Assembly (NCBI GenBank): GCA_039812885.1
Contig: JBDIBI010000015.1
Coordinates: 1-62,877 of the forward strand
DNA length: 62,877 nt
From: Blastocatellia bacterium
GTDB taxonomy: Bacteria; Acidobacteriota; Blastocatellia; Chloracidobacteriales; JADJPF01
Direction of reading: 5' to 3'
Shown here: positions 27,857-38,920 of the stretch, in pieces
Numbering within the stretch: position 1 is the first letter of the stretch
How the letters are laid out: each line of letters starts with the position of its first letter
Notes under the pieces: model-generated
What the model was told of the DNA's origin: nothing
The model's database searches: none
Seen by the model: only the letters and a program-made list of their open reading frames with translations
Made by a program: the position numbers and the translations under genes

Positions 27857-30800
27857 ATGAGCAATAATATGATGGATCCAATAATTGGGCGCGCATTAGG
27901 GGATTTTCTAGTTAAGGAAAAGCTAGGAGAAGGTGGATTTGGAGCTGTTTATAAAGCAAGTCAAATTACTTTAGACCGTGAAGCTGTAGTTAAAATTCTT
28001 CATACTCGCCATCGTACTGACATAAACATAATAGAACGTTTTAAGCGAGAAGCCCGTCTAGCTTCGCGTTTAGAACATCCATATTGTGCTCATATTTATT
28101 CATTTGGAGCTGAAGAGGATGGATTATTATGGATTGCGATGGAATTAGTTGATGGAACTCCATTAAATGAAATAGTTAAATCCCAAGGCCCATTACCATT
28201 AGAACGCTTTATCCCTTTGTTAGATAAAATTTGTGAAGTTGTTCATACTGCACATGAAACAGGCATAGTTCATCGAGATATTAAACCTGCTAATGTTATG
28301 GTTATTTCTAGAGCTGGACGACTTTTACCTAAACTCCTAGATTTTGGTATTGCTAAGGATCTATCCCTTCAAAATGGCTCATTTGATAAAACTAGTGAAC
28401 TATCTACAGATAAATTACCTGATTTAATAAATGAATTTGATAGCTTAAAAAACACCCTTAGAAAAAACTCTTTGCAACTTGCTGAATCCAAACATCCAAC
28501 ATTATTTGTTAATACTTTGTTAGCTAAAGAAACTGATGAACAAAACCTTGACCTAGCTACAAATAAAATTACTCATCTTGTAAAAACACATGGAATAATG
28601 GGCTCACCTAGCTATATGGCTCCTGAACAGTGGAAAAATGCTGTTACAGCAGATGCTCGTAGTGATATTTATGCCTTAGGAGTTACTGCATATGAACTGC
28701 TTACGGGTAAATTGCCTTTCAAAGGCTCTATGAATACATTGATGAATGCACATCTTAACAAGCCTATTCCAACTTTAGCTACAACATTTGCAGAAAAGTT
28801 TGATCCAATAATTGCTAAAGCTATGGCTAAAAATGCTGAAGATCGCTATCAAACAGCTTTAGAGTTTGCTAAAGATTTCCGTGAAGCAGCTAATTTTACT
28901 CAAGAACAAATAATCCTACCTCATCTAGATGAAATACTTAAAGAAAATTTATTAACCAATGCCCCAAAACCTTTAGCTGATATGGTTGCAAGCCTTGTAG
29001 CGGCTCGCAATGCTTATCAATTTAGAGATAGATTATTTTTGGTGTTGCATGTTTTAATACGGTACATAAGCATATTAACCCTAGCAAGCTATGCAAGTAC
29101 TATTACAAATGAGCAAACTTCTGAGTTAATTACTAAAACAATAGCTAATTTACGTCATAATAGTTTAACTGATTTAGAATGGTTAGAACTTTCGAGAGAA
29201 CTATGCAGACCTTTTGCTAAAAAAAGAGATGCTTTTCCTATCCCAGAACTAATAACTGTATTTTTTGCAATAGATAGTGAACATCTTAACTTTCTAAATG
29301 AAACATTTCTTAAGCTCTTGCAAATGCAAGATGAAATAAATTCCAATGCTTCACTAAAAGAAGAGCAGCTAGTAACTTTACTGGCTCATTTCTTAACTAA
29401 ACTTACTTATTTATTAAAAGCTACAGCTTGGTTAAGTGATTATTACTTAGTACTTCCAGAAGCCAATAGAGCAACTAAATGGATGGGAATAGCTAAAGAG
29501 ATAAGTTCAATAAGTTTAAAAACCAGCAATATAACTAACCAAAAGGCTATTTTGGTAGATGCACAAGGGCATTTTGTCTTAACACTTTGGCCATTAATAG
29601 AAATAGTTGAACCTACCCCAGGAATGTCATTAGAAGTTTTTCTACTAGAGCGCAAAGGTCGTAATTCAGCAAAATTAGTTTCATTTCCTGATGGATTTGA
29701 AATAGAAACTGAAGCTCCTTGGGACTGGTTAAAACAACACTTTATTACAGATGAAGAAAAGGCAAAAACAGCAAAGCTGATAGAAAAATCTCCATATCTA
29801 GGTTTAGCTACCTTTTCAGCAAAAGACTCAAATTTGTTTTTTGGGCGAGAAAAAGAAACAGAAAACTTTCTAAATCGTTTGCGTATTCAACCATTACTTG
29901 CAGTTGTAGGGCCATCAGGAGCAGGAAAAAGTTCTTTTATTCAAGCTGGTGTTGTGGCTGGGCTTGATGAGAATTGGCAAGTTATAACAGTTCGCCCTGG
30001 ACTTTCCCCTATTGCTACATTAGCTAGCAAACTTTCAAAAGTAGGTATTGAGCTAGTAGATTTAAAAATTAAATTACAAAAAGATATAAATTTCCTAGGT
30101 AATAGCTTACGTCAATTTGCTAGTGAGCAAAATAGTCAAATCTTATTAATAATAGATCAATTTGAAGAAATCCTAACACTCTGTTTAGACAAGCAGGAAC
30201 AACAACTCTATGTAGAAGCAATAGTTTTAGCCGCACGCTCTGAAGAAGATCCTATTAGAGTTGTACTAACAATGAGAGATGATTTTTTGGTAAAAGCTAA
30301 AAAGCTAAAAGCTCTAAAAGATCGTCTTAACCAAGCATTAGAAATACTCACAACTCCAGCATCTACAGAACTTATTAAAATCCTTACAGAACCAGCTAGA
30401 CAAGCAGGCTATGAGTTTGAAGATCAAGAACTTCCTGTAGAAATTGTAAATGAAGTTACAGAACAAACTAGTGCCTTACCATTACTAGCATTTACAGCAG
30501 CAAAACTTTGGCAACAACGAGACAAAGAGTTTAAGCAACTCAGGCGCAGAAGTTATGAAGCAATGGGAGGTGTAGGAGGTGCATTAGCACGTCATGCTGA
30601 AAGTATGTTGTTGCAAATGACTCATATAGAACAATCTCTTGTTCGTGAAGCATTTCGTCATTTGGTCACAAGTGAAGGAACAAGAGCCGTTCTAACTCGT
30701 CCAGAGATATTGCAATTGTTAGGCAAAAGTGGCGAAAGTGAAGCTGTATTAGAAAAATTAATTTCCGCTAGGCTTCTAGTTGCAACTGAAGGAGAAAAAG

Positions 30801-33193
30801 GAGTTGATAGAATTGAAATTGTTCATGAAGCATTGCTCTCAGCTTGGCCACGGTTAATCAAATGGCAACAAGAAGATGCAGAAGGTGTACGTCTTAGAGA
30901 TCAACTTCGTTCTGCTGCTAGGCAATGGCAAGAAAAAAACTACTCTAGAAGCTTATTATGGCGAGATGAAGCATTGACAGAATACCAACTTTGGCGAATA
31001 CACTATAAAGGAAAACTTACTGAACTAGAAGAAAGTTTTGCTCAATCTAGCTTATCAGAAGCCAATCGACGCCAATTTATAAGAAGAAGCTTAATCATAA
31101 CAGCAATGGTTGTTTTACTAATAGTTTCTGCTGTGATGTATTATCAAAGACAACAAACACAAGAACAACTCTCACAAACTTTAGTACTTTATGAAGAACA
31201 AGCCCGAAAGGAAATACTAAAACAAAACTATGAAGGGGCTGCTGTTTACCTTAATGAAGCATACTTAAAAGGAGCAAATAGTCTAGCATTAAGGTATATG
31301 TTAGCTGTAGCTTTGGCAAAAGTAGAAAATCATCCCCCTATTACCCTATCAAATCATACAGATACAATAACCACAGCGACTTTTAACCCAACTGATGATT
31401 TAGTAGCAACAGCTAGCAAAGATAAAACAGCTAGAATCTGGCAAGTAGCTGATGGAAAAGAGCTTTTTACTCTCAAAGGCCATCAAGATGTAGTAGTATC
31501 TACTAGCTTTAGCCCTGATGGAAAATTACTACTCACTGCAAGTCTAGATAAAACGGCTAAGCTTTGGAAAGTAGCAGATGGAACTCTGATAACAACACTT
31601 ATTGGACACAGTGATGCTTTAAGAACTGCCCAATTTAGCCCTGATGGACAACAAATACTAACAACAAGTTATGATCATACAGCCAAAATTTGGGATACTA
31701 ATACAGGGAAGCTCTTAAATACGCTACAAGGACATCAAGCAACTATTTATGCAGCTTGTTATAGTAAAACTGGAAAATTAATAGCTACAGCTTCTGCTGA
31801 TAAAATAGTTAGTCTTTGGGACAGCAACAGCGGAGAGTTAAAAACAACTTTGAAAGGTCATCAAGCTGCTGTAATAAATGTCTCATTTAGCCCTGATGAA
31901 AAACTACTATTGACAGCCAGCATAGACCAAACAGCACGTATTTGGCAATTATCAGACGGACAACAACTTAATATTTTATCTAGCCATCAATCAGCAATAA
32001 CAAATAGTAAATTTAGTCCTGATGGAAAAGAAGTTTTAATTATGTGCAGTGATGGAAAGAGCTATCTTTGGGAAACAGCGACAGGCAAATTGCATGCAAC
32101 TTTAGAAGGTCATCAAGCTGACATAGTAAGTGGGGATTTCAGTAAAGATGGAAAACTAATAGTTACAACATCTTATGACAAAACCGTTAGAGTATGGGAA
32201 AGAGCTACAGGTAAATTTCTGGTAGCATTTGCAGAACATGAAGCATCAGTATTAAGTGGAATATTTTCTAATAAATGTGACAAAATTCTCAGTACCAGTG
32301 AAGACAAAACTGCCAAGATTTGGCCGCTAGTAGTAGAAACTAGATCCCCTATGGAAATAAATACCTTGGTTAAAGCTAAAGTTCCGATTTATTTAAAAGA
32401 AGGAAGACTTATAAACCCACAACTTCCTGTAAAGAAAGTAGAAACACCTAACCCCCAAAAAGAAGAAACCCCTCCTGAAAACCTTTATATAGAAGATTTA
32501 GGAAATAGTGTAAAAATAGAAATGGTGAAAATAAAAGCAGGTGAATTTATGATGGGTTCACCCTCTACATCAAAAGAGCATAATAATAATGAAACTTTAC
32601 ATAAAGTAACAATATCAAAAAGTTTTTATATGGGAAGATATGAAGTAACACAAGCTCAATGGAAAGTTGTAGCATCATTACCATCAATAAATATGTCTTT
32701 AAGTTCAGATACTTCACAAAATAAAGGAGATAATCTACCGGTAGAAAATATAACTTGGGATGAAGCCATGGAATTTTGCGCTAGATTATCAAAAGTGACA
32801 GGAAAACATTATAGTTTACCTACAGAATCACAATGGGAGTATGCAGCTAGGGCAGGAAATAGTAATGAATATCCAGAAAATTTAGATGAAATAAGTTGGT
32901 ATAATAAAAACTCTGAAGGTAAAAGCCATCCAGTAGGCCAGAAAAAAGCAAATTCCTGGGGATTATACGATATGTATGGAAATGTATTTGAATGGTGCTT
33001 AGATTTGTATGGAAATTATCCAACCACTCCTTCAGTAGATCCAATTGGAGCAGTTTCAGGAACAAATCATGTTCTTCGTGGTTCTGGTTATAATACCTAT
33101 GTAGCGGGTTCTCGACCAGCAGATCGCAGTAATGCTGTACCTAGCTATCATATAAGTTATCTAGGGTTTCGCCTAGTTTTAAACAGCGAATAA
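27857..33193 (+). CDS. Giant multidomain signalling protein of 1778 aa: Hanks-type Ser/Thr kinase, STAND/NACHT-like P-loop NTPase, a single TM helix, TPR-like helices, an eight-blade WD40 propeller and a C-terminal formylglycine-generating-enzyme (FGE-sulfatase/SUMF1) domain
   Basis: Kinase: GEGGFGAVYKA, HRDIKPANVM, DFGIAK, GSPSYMAPE. NTPase: Walker A VVGPSGAGKSS, Walker B LLIIDQFEEI. Transmembrane helix: LIITAMVVLLIVSAVMYY (about nt 31090-31140). WD40: eight units of GH...WD. FGE: WEYAARAG, GLYDMYGNVFEWCLD, RGSGY. Confidence 0.8.
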   Translation: MSNNMMDPIIGRALGDFLVKEKLGEGGFGAVYKASQITLDREAVVKILHTRHRTDINIIERFKREARLASRLEHPYCAHIYSFGAEEDGLLWIAMELVDGTPLNEIVKSQGPLPLERFIPLLDKICEVVHTAHETGIVHRDIKPANVMVISRAGRLLPKLLDFGIAKDLSLQNGSFDKTSELSTDKLPDLINEFDSLKNTLRKNSLQLAESKHPTLFVNTLLAKETDEQNLDLATNKITHLVKTHGIMGSPSYMAPEQWKNAVTADARSDIYALGVTAYELLTGKLPFKGSMNTLMNAHLNKPIPTLATTFAEKFDPIIAKAMAKNAEDRYQTALEFAKDFREAANFTQEQIILPHLDEILKENLLTNAPKPLADMVASLVAARNAYQFRDRLFLVLHVLIRYISILTLASYASTITNEQTSELITKTIANLRHNSLTDLEWLELSRELCRPFAKKRDAFPIPELITVFFAIDSEHLNFLNETFLKLLQMQDEINSNASLKEEQLVTLLAHFLTKLTYLLKATAWLSDYYLVLPEANRATKWMGIAKEISSISLKTSNITNQKAILVDAQGHFVLTLWPLIEIVEPTPGMSLEVFLLERKGRNSAKLVSFPDGFEIETEAPWDWLKQHFITDEEKAKTAKLIEKSPYLGLATFSAKDSNLFFGREKETENFLNRLRIQPLLAVVGPSGAGKSSFIQAGVVAGLDENWQVITVRPGLSPIATLASKLSKVGIELVDLKIKLQKDINFLGNSLRQFASEQNSQILLIIDQFEEILTLCLDKQEQQLYVEAIVLAARSEEDPIRVVLTMRDDFLVKAKKLKALKDRLNQALEILTTPASTELIKILTEPARQAGYEFEDQELPVEIVNEVTEQTSALPLLAFTAAKLWQQRDKEFKQLRRRSYEAMGGVGGALARHAESMLLQMTHIEQSLVREAFRHLVTSEGTRAVLTRPEILQLLGKSGESEAVLEKLISARLLVATEGEKGVDRIEIVHEALLSAWPRLIKWQQEDAEGVRLRDQLRSAARQWQEKNYSRSLLWRDEALTEYQLWRIHYKGKLTELEESFAQSSLSEANRRQFIRRSLIITAMVVLLIVSAVMYYQRQQTQEQLSQTLVLYEEQARKEILKQNYEGAAVYLNEAYLKGANSLALRYMLAVALAKVENHPPITLSNHTDTITTATFNPTDDLVATASKDKTARIWQVADGKELFTLKGHQDVVVSTSFSPDGKLLLTASLDKTAKLWKVADGTLITTLIGHSDALRTAQFSPDGQQILTTSYDHTAKIWDTNTGKLLNTLQGHQATIYAACYSKTGKLIATASADKIVSLWDSNSGELKTTLKGHQAAVINVSFSPDEKLLLTASIDQTARIWQLSDGQQLNILSSHQSAITNSKFSPDGKEVLIMCSDGKSYLWETATGKLHATLEGHQADIVSGDFSKDGKLIVTTSYDKTVRVWERATGKFLVAFAEHEASVLSGIFSNKCDKILSTSEDKTAKIWPLVVETRSPMEINTLVKAKVPIYLKEGRLINPQLPVKKVETPNPQKEETPPENLYIEDLGNSVKIEMVKIKAGEFMMGSPSTSKEHNNNETLHKVTISKSFYMGRYEVTQAQWKVVASLPSINMSLSSDTSQNKGDNLPVENITWDEAMEFCARLSKVTGKHYSLPTESQWEYAARAGNSNEYPENLDEISWYNKNSEGKSHPVGQKKANSWGLYDMYGNVFEWCLDLYGNYPTTPSVDPIGAVSGTNHVLRGSGYNTYVAGSRPADRSNAVPSYHISYLGFRLVLNSE

Positions 33194-33221
33194 CTTACTA
33201 TAAACTACTAGCTTGTTTTTA

Positions 33222-35174
33222 CTATTTTTCTCTTAATTCTCCTAAAATAAGAGCACTATAAGCAGGTACAGTAATTTTACCTCTAAAGAATTTAACACGA
33301 GAGTTTTTAATTGGATGTACACCAGCTTGTTTATCATCAACAAAGATATCCCATTTGCCTAAAGGCAGCATAAATTCTTCTTGCTTAGAATTAGCATTAA
33401 AAAATAGTAAGGCTCGTGTCCAAGAATCAGTATCAGTAACATCACGTAATATATACATTATAGTTTTTTCTGGTAAACTCACACCTAAATCTGTATCTAG
33501 GAATCTAATAGCTTCTCTTACCTGTTCTTCTGTAGCAAGTCTAAAGAGTGGATGAGCTTTACGCAGAGCTATAAGGCCACTATAGTATTGAAATAAATCA
33601 TGGTTAATTAGCTTTTCTTGCCAACGTAACATATTGACAGCATCAGGTTTATTGTAAGTATTGTCCATTCCTTTTTTAGAGCGAGCAAATTCTTGACCAC
33701 TTTGCATAAAAGGAATGCCTTGAGAGGTAAAAAGTATTGCAGCACCTAATTTATTCATTGCCCTTCTATCTTGATCCGTAATGCTAGCGTCATCTAAGGT
33801 AGAAAGCAGTATACGATCAGCAAAAGTATGGTTGTCATGACATTCCATATAATTGATTGTTTCTATTGGAGCACTAGCAAAATCATCTATAGCACCTTTT
33901 ATTCCCTGCTTAACACGATCAACATTTACACCAGACTGGACAAAGCCTCTTTCACGAGCATGAAAAACACTTCCCTTTATTGCATCTCTAAAATGATCAT
34001 TAAATACAGAAAACCCTTTTTCTCTTTGTTTACCTTTAGTAGTAATTCCTATAGGAGTATCTCCACCAGCCCAAGGTTCTCCATAAATTAGCAAATTAGA
34101 ATCAATTTCTTTCAATTCTTTTACTAGCTCTGTCATAGTGCCTAAATCTATCAAACCCATTAAATCAAAACGAAAACCATCTATACCATATTCTGTAACC
34201 CAATATTTTGTTGAATCTATGATAAAGCGTTTTGCCATAGGGGCTTCAGAACGAAACTCATTACCTACACCAGAACCATTCCAATAGCTACCATCTAACT
34301 TACGTCGGTAATAATAGCCTGGCACTAATCCCTCAAAACTATAAACTCTTTTATTTAGACTTTCATAGGTATGGTTATAAACTACATCTAGAACAACCTT
34401 TATACCTCGACGATGCAAGGCATCTATCATTTGTTTAACTTCTTTGACTCGGCGTCCATCAAAGCGTTCTGTAGCATACCATCCATCAGGGCTATTGATA
34501 TGTGCAACATCATAACCCCATCCATATTCATCTAAGCTTTCTTCATTATGAAATTCCCCTATAGGCATTAACTGCACTGTATTAACACCTAAATCAGATA
34601 AATGTTCAAGTCCTGTACTAATATCAGGACGATTTATTAGATGGGTATTTTCTTCAGTAAAAGCTAAGTATTTGCCTCGTTTTTGGACGCAAGAATCTGG
34701 GTCAATAGTAAAATCTCTTATATGAAGTTCATAAATAATAGCGTCTTGTGGAGGAAATGTAGGTCTAGGAAAGACCTGAAAATCATCATAAACTACAATG
34801 GCTCGGCCATTATGGGCTGTTACAGCACGGGCATAGGGATCTATTAGTTCTCTGTTTGGATCAAATCCAGGATCATCTCCTTCAGCAGTAAAAGTATAGT
34901 AATAACCCAAACAATTTTTAGGAACTTTAATATCCCAACTTCCATCCACAGGATTTTTCACCATTGGGAAAACTTCTGCCTGAGTATTTGTAGGAGCTTG
35001 ATAAAGCCGCAAAGTCAATTGACTAGCAGTAGGGGCAAAAGTGCGAAAAGTAGTTGCTTGAGGAGTATAAATAGCTCCTAAAGGTTGCAAGCAAATATAC
35101 TTATCTGCTGGGTGTGGAAGTTGTTTGGTTAATGAACCTGTTATACCGGTGCTAAATTTTGTCGAGATCTTCAA
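33222..35174 (-). CDS. GH13 alpha-1,6-glucosidase of pullulanase type I or glycogen-debranching type (CBM48 plus GH13 catalytic domain)
   Basis: N-terminal CBM48-like region [16 protein letters not shown]. Catalytic regions [16 protein letters not shown] and YMECHDN. The YGWGYD motif is typical of pullulanases. Confidence 0.7.
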   Translation of the reverse strand: MKISTKFSTGITGSLTKQLPHPADKYICLQPLGAIYTPQATTFRTFAPTASQLTLRLYQAPTNTQAEVFPMVKNPVDGSWDIKVPKNCLGYYYTFTAEGDDPGFDPNRELIDPYARAVTAHNGRAIVVYDDFQVFPRPTFPPQDAIIYELHIRDFTIDPDSCVQKRGKYLAFTEENTHLINRPDISTGLEHLSDLGVNTVQLMPIGEFHNEESLDEYGWGYDVAHINSPDGWYATERFDGRRVKEVKQMIDALHRRGIKVVLDVVYNHTYESLNKRVYSFEGLVPGYYYRRKLDGSYWNGSGVGNEFRSEAPMAKRFIIDSTKYWVTEYGIDGFRFDLMGLIDLGTMTELVKELKEIDSNLLIYGEPWAGGDTPIGITTKGKQREKGFSVFNDHFRDAIKGSVFHARERGFVQSGVNVDRVKQGIKGAIDDFASAPIETINYMECHDNHTFADRILLSTLDDASITDQDRRAMNKLGAAILFTSQGIPFMQSGQEFARSKKGMDNTYNKPDAVNMLRWQEKLINHDLFQYYSGLIALRKAHPLFRLATEEQVREAIRFLDTDLGVSLPEKTIMYILRDVTDTDSWTRALLFFNANSKQEEFMLPLGKWDIFVDDKQAGVHPIKNSRVKFFRGKITVPAYSALILGELREK

Positions 35175-35183
35175 ACTACTTTT

Positions 35184-36185
35184 TTATTTCTCCATTGCAT
35201 TAGTAACTTTTATCTTGCCAGATATAATATCTTCTTTAGCTTTTTTAACTTTTTCTATTGCTTCAGGTGATATTAAGTTGCGATTGTAATCATCTATGGC
35301 AAAATCTACACCTTCATTTTCCAAACCATAGACATGAATACCACTCTTAAAGCGTTTTTCTACAATATCCTTGATTACACTATAAACAGCCACATCTACT
35401 CGTTTAAGCATACTAGTTAGAATAAAACCTGGTTTAATACCATTTTGGTTAGAATCTACACCAATTGCCAATTTTTTTGTTTCTTCTGCTGCATCAAAAA
35501 CACCCATTCCAGAATTACCAGCAGCATGAAAGACTACATCACATCCATTTTCATACTGATTTTTAGCTAATTCTTTACCCTTAGCAGGATTATTCCAAGC
35601 AGCATCTGTAATACCCACATAGTTTTCAACTATTTTGATGTTGGGGTTAACATATTTTGCACCCTCTTCATAACCTACAGCAAACTTGTGAATAAGTGGA
35701 ATATCCATTCCACCAACAAAACCTATTTTGCCTGAAGTACTTTTACCAGCAGCTAACATTCCAACCAAAAAAGAACCCTCATGCTCTTTAAAAAGTAATG
35801 GAGAGACATTAGGTAATAAAACAAAACCATCAATAATGGCAAAGTTAACATTAGGATAATCTTTTGCAACTTGTTCAATTATTGGAGATTGAGCAAAACC
35901 TACACCAATAACAAGATCATATTTAAGCTCTGCAAAGGCACGAAGAGAAGGTTCTATTGAAGTTGGATCCCCTGGCTCAGCATCCCGCAATTTAATTCCT
36001 AGTTCATTGCGAGCACGTTTTACACCTTCCCAAGCAGCAGCATTAAAAGATCTATCATCTTTGCCACCAATATCATATACAATTCCAACACGAACTTGCC
36101 CAGGTTTTTCATTTTCAGAAAAAACTCCTGTACAACCAGAAAAAACTAAAATAGCTAATAAACAAAATAAGATTACTCGTTTCAT
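35184..36185 (-). CDS. BMP-family (Med/PnrA-like) ABC-transporter substrate-binding lipoprotein
   Basis: Lipoprotein signal FSGCTG, then VRVGIVYDIGGKDDRSFNAAAWEGVKRA and GVGFAQ motifs of the basic membrane protein family. Confidence 0.7.
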   Translation of the reverse strand: MKRVILFCLLAILVFSGCTGVFSENEKPGQVRVGIVYDIGGKDDRSFNAAAWEGVKRARNELGIKLRDAEPGDPTSIEPSLRAFAELKYDLVIGVGFAQSPIIEQVAKDYPNVNFAIIDGFVLLPNVSPLLFKEHEGSFLVGMLAAGKSTSGKIGFVGGMDIPLIHKFAVGYEEGAKYVNPNIKIVENYVGITDAAWNNPAKGKELAKNQYENGCDVVFHAAGNSGMGVFDAAEETKKLAIGVDSNQNGIKPGFILTSMLKRVDVAVYSVIKDIVEKRFKSGIHVYGLENEGVDFAIDDYNRNLISPEAIEKVKKAKEDIISGKIKVTNAMEK

Positions 36186-36292
36186 TTTTCTTAAAAACCA
36201 AGATACTTGCTATAATAATAAATTTCACAATAACAAACTAGTAGCACCAATAAACTATCTATATTCAATTAGTTACTAACTATTATTTTAGC

Positions 36293-37309
36293 TTATTCTA
36301 CTTCAACACAAATATTTGTAACAGGAAATTTCTCTGTTTGTTGGTTATTTTTTTGTATTTTTTTTGCCCAAACTACTATTGTATAAATGCCTTTGGGACT
36401 TTTAGAAAATTTAACTATACCAGAAAATTTACCTGAAGATTTTTGATATTCAAATTCTCCTCTAGAGCCATCTGTATAAATAGCATTTCCATAAAGCATT
36501 GGTCTTAGTATTATAGTCTCTACTTCTGGAAGAGAATACCCTTTTCTTTTGTTAAGTTCTTCTATTTCTAGCATAGTTGGATTAGGTTCATAGAAGAGGC
36601 TTATTCTAACTATTTCAAATTCTTTAGGGTTTAGTGTTTTGCCTACTATTTCTATTGACTCTCCAGATTTTATTTTATGAGGAAGAGGTCTAACTTCCAC
36701 ATAACGATCTATAAATTCTTCTGCAAGTTTAACTTTTCCTTCATTAAATGCTATACCAATACCAACATGTGTGTGTGGAGGATATAAAATATTTTGCCGA
36801 TGCCCATCATTAGGAGGCTCTTCTTCAAACATATGAAGATGCATTTCTACTAAAGCCCCTTCTAATGTTGTTAATGTATTATAAAATGGCCCTCCTTCGG
36901 CAAAAGAAAGATTTTCTGATATTAAATCTGTACCATTTGCTTGAGAGTAACGCATATAGGGTTTTAAGCCAAGGATATTCCAATGGCTAAAGTAATTTTC
37001 TTTTAGCATTTCCTGACAATGCTCTTCACCAACTTGACCAGCTAGTTCATCTAATTCAACAGGGTTAAGTCCTTTGCTTTGTCTATTTTGATTTATTAAA
37101 TTAACTAATTTCTGTTTTATTTGGACTAAATCAGTTTTAGAAATTGTATTTTCTTGTGCATACAAACTATTAGTTGAAATAAACGATAAAAATAGCCAAA
37201 TACATGCATACTTACAAAGCTTTATTTGTAATTTATTGATTTTGAAAAAAGTATCTGCAAGGAATTTTACACTACCAAAAAAGTTATCTAATAAGGGCGA
37301 AAAAACCAT
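36293..37309 (-). CDS. Secreted CAP/SCP (cysteine-rich secretory protein / PR-1-like) domain protein with a C-terminal beta-rich domain
   Basis: Signal-like hydrophobic segment, then a CAP-domain region (NQNRQSKGLNPVELDELAGQVGEEHCQEMLKENYFSHWN...GHRQNILYPPHTHVGIG). The start is placed at the internal Met to avoid overlap with the upstream gene, so the 5' end is uncertain. Confidence 0.55.
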   Translation of the reverse strand: MVFSPLLDNFFGSVKFLADTFFKINKLQIKLCKYACIWLFLSFISTNSLYAQENTISKTDLVQIKQKLVNLINQNRQSKGLNPVELDELAGQVGEEHCQEMLKENYFSHWNILGLKPYMRYSQANGTDLISENLSFAEGGPFYNTLTTLEGALVEMHLHMFEEEPPNDGHRQNILYPPHTHVGIGIAFNEGKVKLAEEFIDRYVEVRPLPHKIKSGESIEIVGKTLNPKEFEIVRISLFYEPNPTMLEIEELNKRKGYSLPEVETIILRPMLYGNAIYTDGSRGEFEYQKSSGKFSGIVKFSKSPKGIYTIVVWAKKIQKNNQQTEKFPVTNICVEVE

Positions 37310-37343
37310 AGTTTTTGATAATCTCTTTTCACAAAAGCAATTA

Positions 37344-38660
37344 TTAAAAAGCAAATTCAATAACTTTATCTCCAGTTTTTTCTTCTGCTTTTAAGCCTAT
37401 TTTATCAAACTCTCTGTAAAGATTTATTCGCAATGTATTTATTTCAGAATTTTTAGAATCTACTAAATCAGCTTCTTGCAAATAAGAAAAAGCTTTTCTA
37501 GCTGAATCTTGTAGCTTATTGCTATCTTCTGGTTTCCAATTTTTTATAGGCTGATAAATACGTTCTATTCTTTCTTTAACCGCATATATTTGCATCAAAT
37601 CTGTAACATCATTAGCATATAAAGTAGCCAATTTTATATAAGAATCTGTTTGGTTTTCTATTGTTTGACCAGAAAGATGGGCTCTAGAAATTAACCATTG
37701 TTCATGTTCTGTTCGATTGCCAATAGTCTTATAAATATTTGCAAGTTCACGATATATTTCATCTTTCTTTTTTATATCATTTGTCCTTTGCAAAATATCT
37801 CGAAATTCTGTTACAGAACGATCCAAAATAGATTTGTTAAGCTGTTTGTCTGCATTTATATCATTAACATATTGTGCCCATATAGAACGAGCATAGTAAA
37901 TATGTGCATCTAGATTATTAGGATTGTTGGATATGGCTTTTGCAAATAAGCTTTCTGCTTTAGAAAAATTACCTACGTTAAATTCTCTTTGTCCTTTTGC
38001 ATAATTATCCCAAAACATAGGTAATGCCATTGCTCCGCTATAAGCAATAGTTACACCTAAAACAGCCATGATTAAGAAAGCTCCTGCACTTTTGCCTAGA
38101 GCTAACTTTATATCCCTATAAGATTCTTCAATTCTTGAATCCGTTAACTCTTTAAGGTAAGAAAGCCTAAGCCAACAACGAATACCAAGCCAAAGAGTTC
38201 GTAAAAATAAAATAAAGGAAGCTATTGATGTTATAGGAGTAAGAATAAGTAAAGGGAAAAACCAAAAGTGAAATTTAAAAAAATCTAAACTTAATCCTGA
38301 GGCAGATTTACAACCATTAACCCGGTCAAAGGTTTCATTTAAAAACTTTTCTGTTTCAACAGCTTGTGCAGATTCTTCGAGCCTAACATATGTTCCACAA
38401 TGACGACAAGATCTTTCACGGCTCATAATGAACTGGTTACAATTATTACAACGAATAGCAGTATTAGTACTAAGACGACGAGCTAAGAACTCTGGTAATG
38501 GAGCAGCATTAACTTTTTCTTCATTACTAACCTTAACTAAGGCAATATGCTGACAACGACCACAAAATTGGGTTTCTGGATCAAACATGTCCGATTGGTG
38601 GCACACTTCACACCGCTCTTGGACATTAACACTTTTGATCTTTATGTTATTGTCCGCCAT
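37344..38660 (-). CDS. Membrane protein with two N-terminal zinc-ribbon motifs, TM helices and C-terminal TPR-like repeats; hypothetical
   Basis: CEVCHQS...CGRCQH and CNNCNQF...CRHCG zinc ribbons. Hydrophobic helices FWFFPLLILTPITSIASFILFL and AFLIMAVLGVTIAYSGAMAL. TPR-like helices (NFSKAESLFAKAISNNPNNLDAHIYYA). Confidence 0.45.
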   Translation of the reverse strand: MADNNIKIKSVNVQERCEVCHQSDMFDPETQFCGRCQHIALVKVSNEEKVNAAPLPEFLARRLSTNTAIRCNNCNQFIMSRERSCRHCGTYVRLEESAQAVETEKFLNETFDRVNGCKSASGLSLDFFKFHFWFFPLLILTPITSIASFILFLRTLWLGIRCWLRLSYLKELTDSRIEESYRDIKLALGKSAGAFLIMAVLGVTIAYSGAMALPMFWDNYAKGQREFNVGNFSKAESLFAKAISNNPNNLDAHIYYARSIWAQYVNDINADKQLNKSILDRSVTEFRDILQRTNDIKKKDEIYRELANIYKTIGNRTEHEQWLISRAHLSGQTIENQTDSYIKLATLYANDVTDLMQIYAVKERIERIYQPIKNWKPEDSNKLQDSARKAFSYLQEADLVDSKNSEINTLRINLYREFDKIGLKAEEKTGDKVIEFAF

Positions 38661-38920
38661 TTTTACCTCCTAAAACTACAAGGTTTCTAAGTATTATTAG
38701 TATTATTAACTGTATTGTTAACAAGATGGTAGGAAATTTCGTTTACTAAAGCATACAGCAATATTTTATCAACCGCAATTAATTAAAATAACTTCAATAT
38801 AGCTTAAAACTCTCCCAAAATGAGCTTATAGCCAATTTCTCTGCTATGATAAGATATTAAAAATTTTAATCTATGCATATTTTAACAAAATATCTTGTAA
38901 CTAAAATATAATTAACTTAT

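Noticed and set aside
29155-33065. Small antisense ORFs inside the 1778-aa gene (29155-29346, 29443-29655, 32847-33065)
   Set aside because: They are embedded in a continuous 5.3-kb ORF whose domains are all recognisable.
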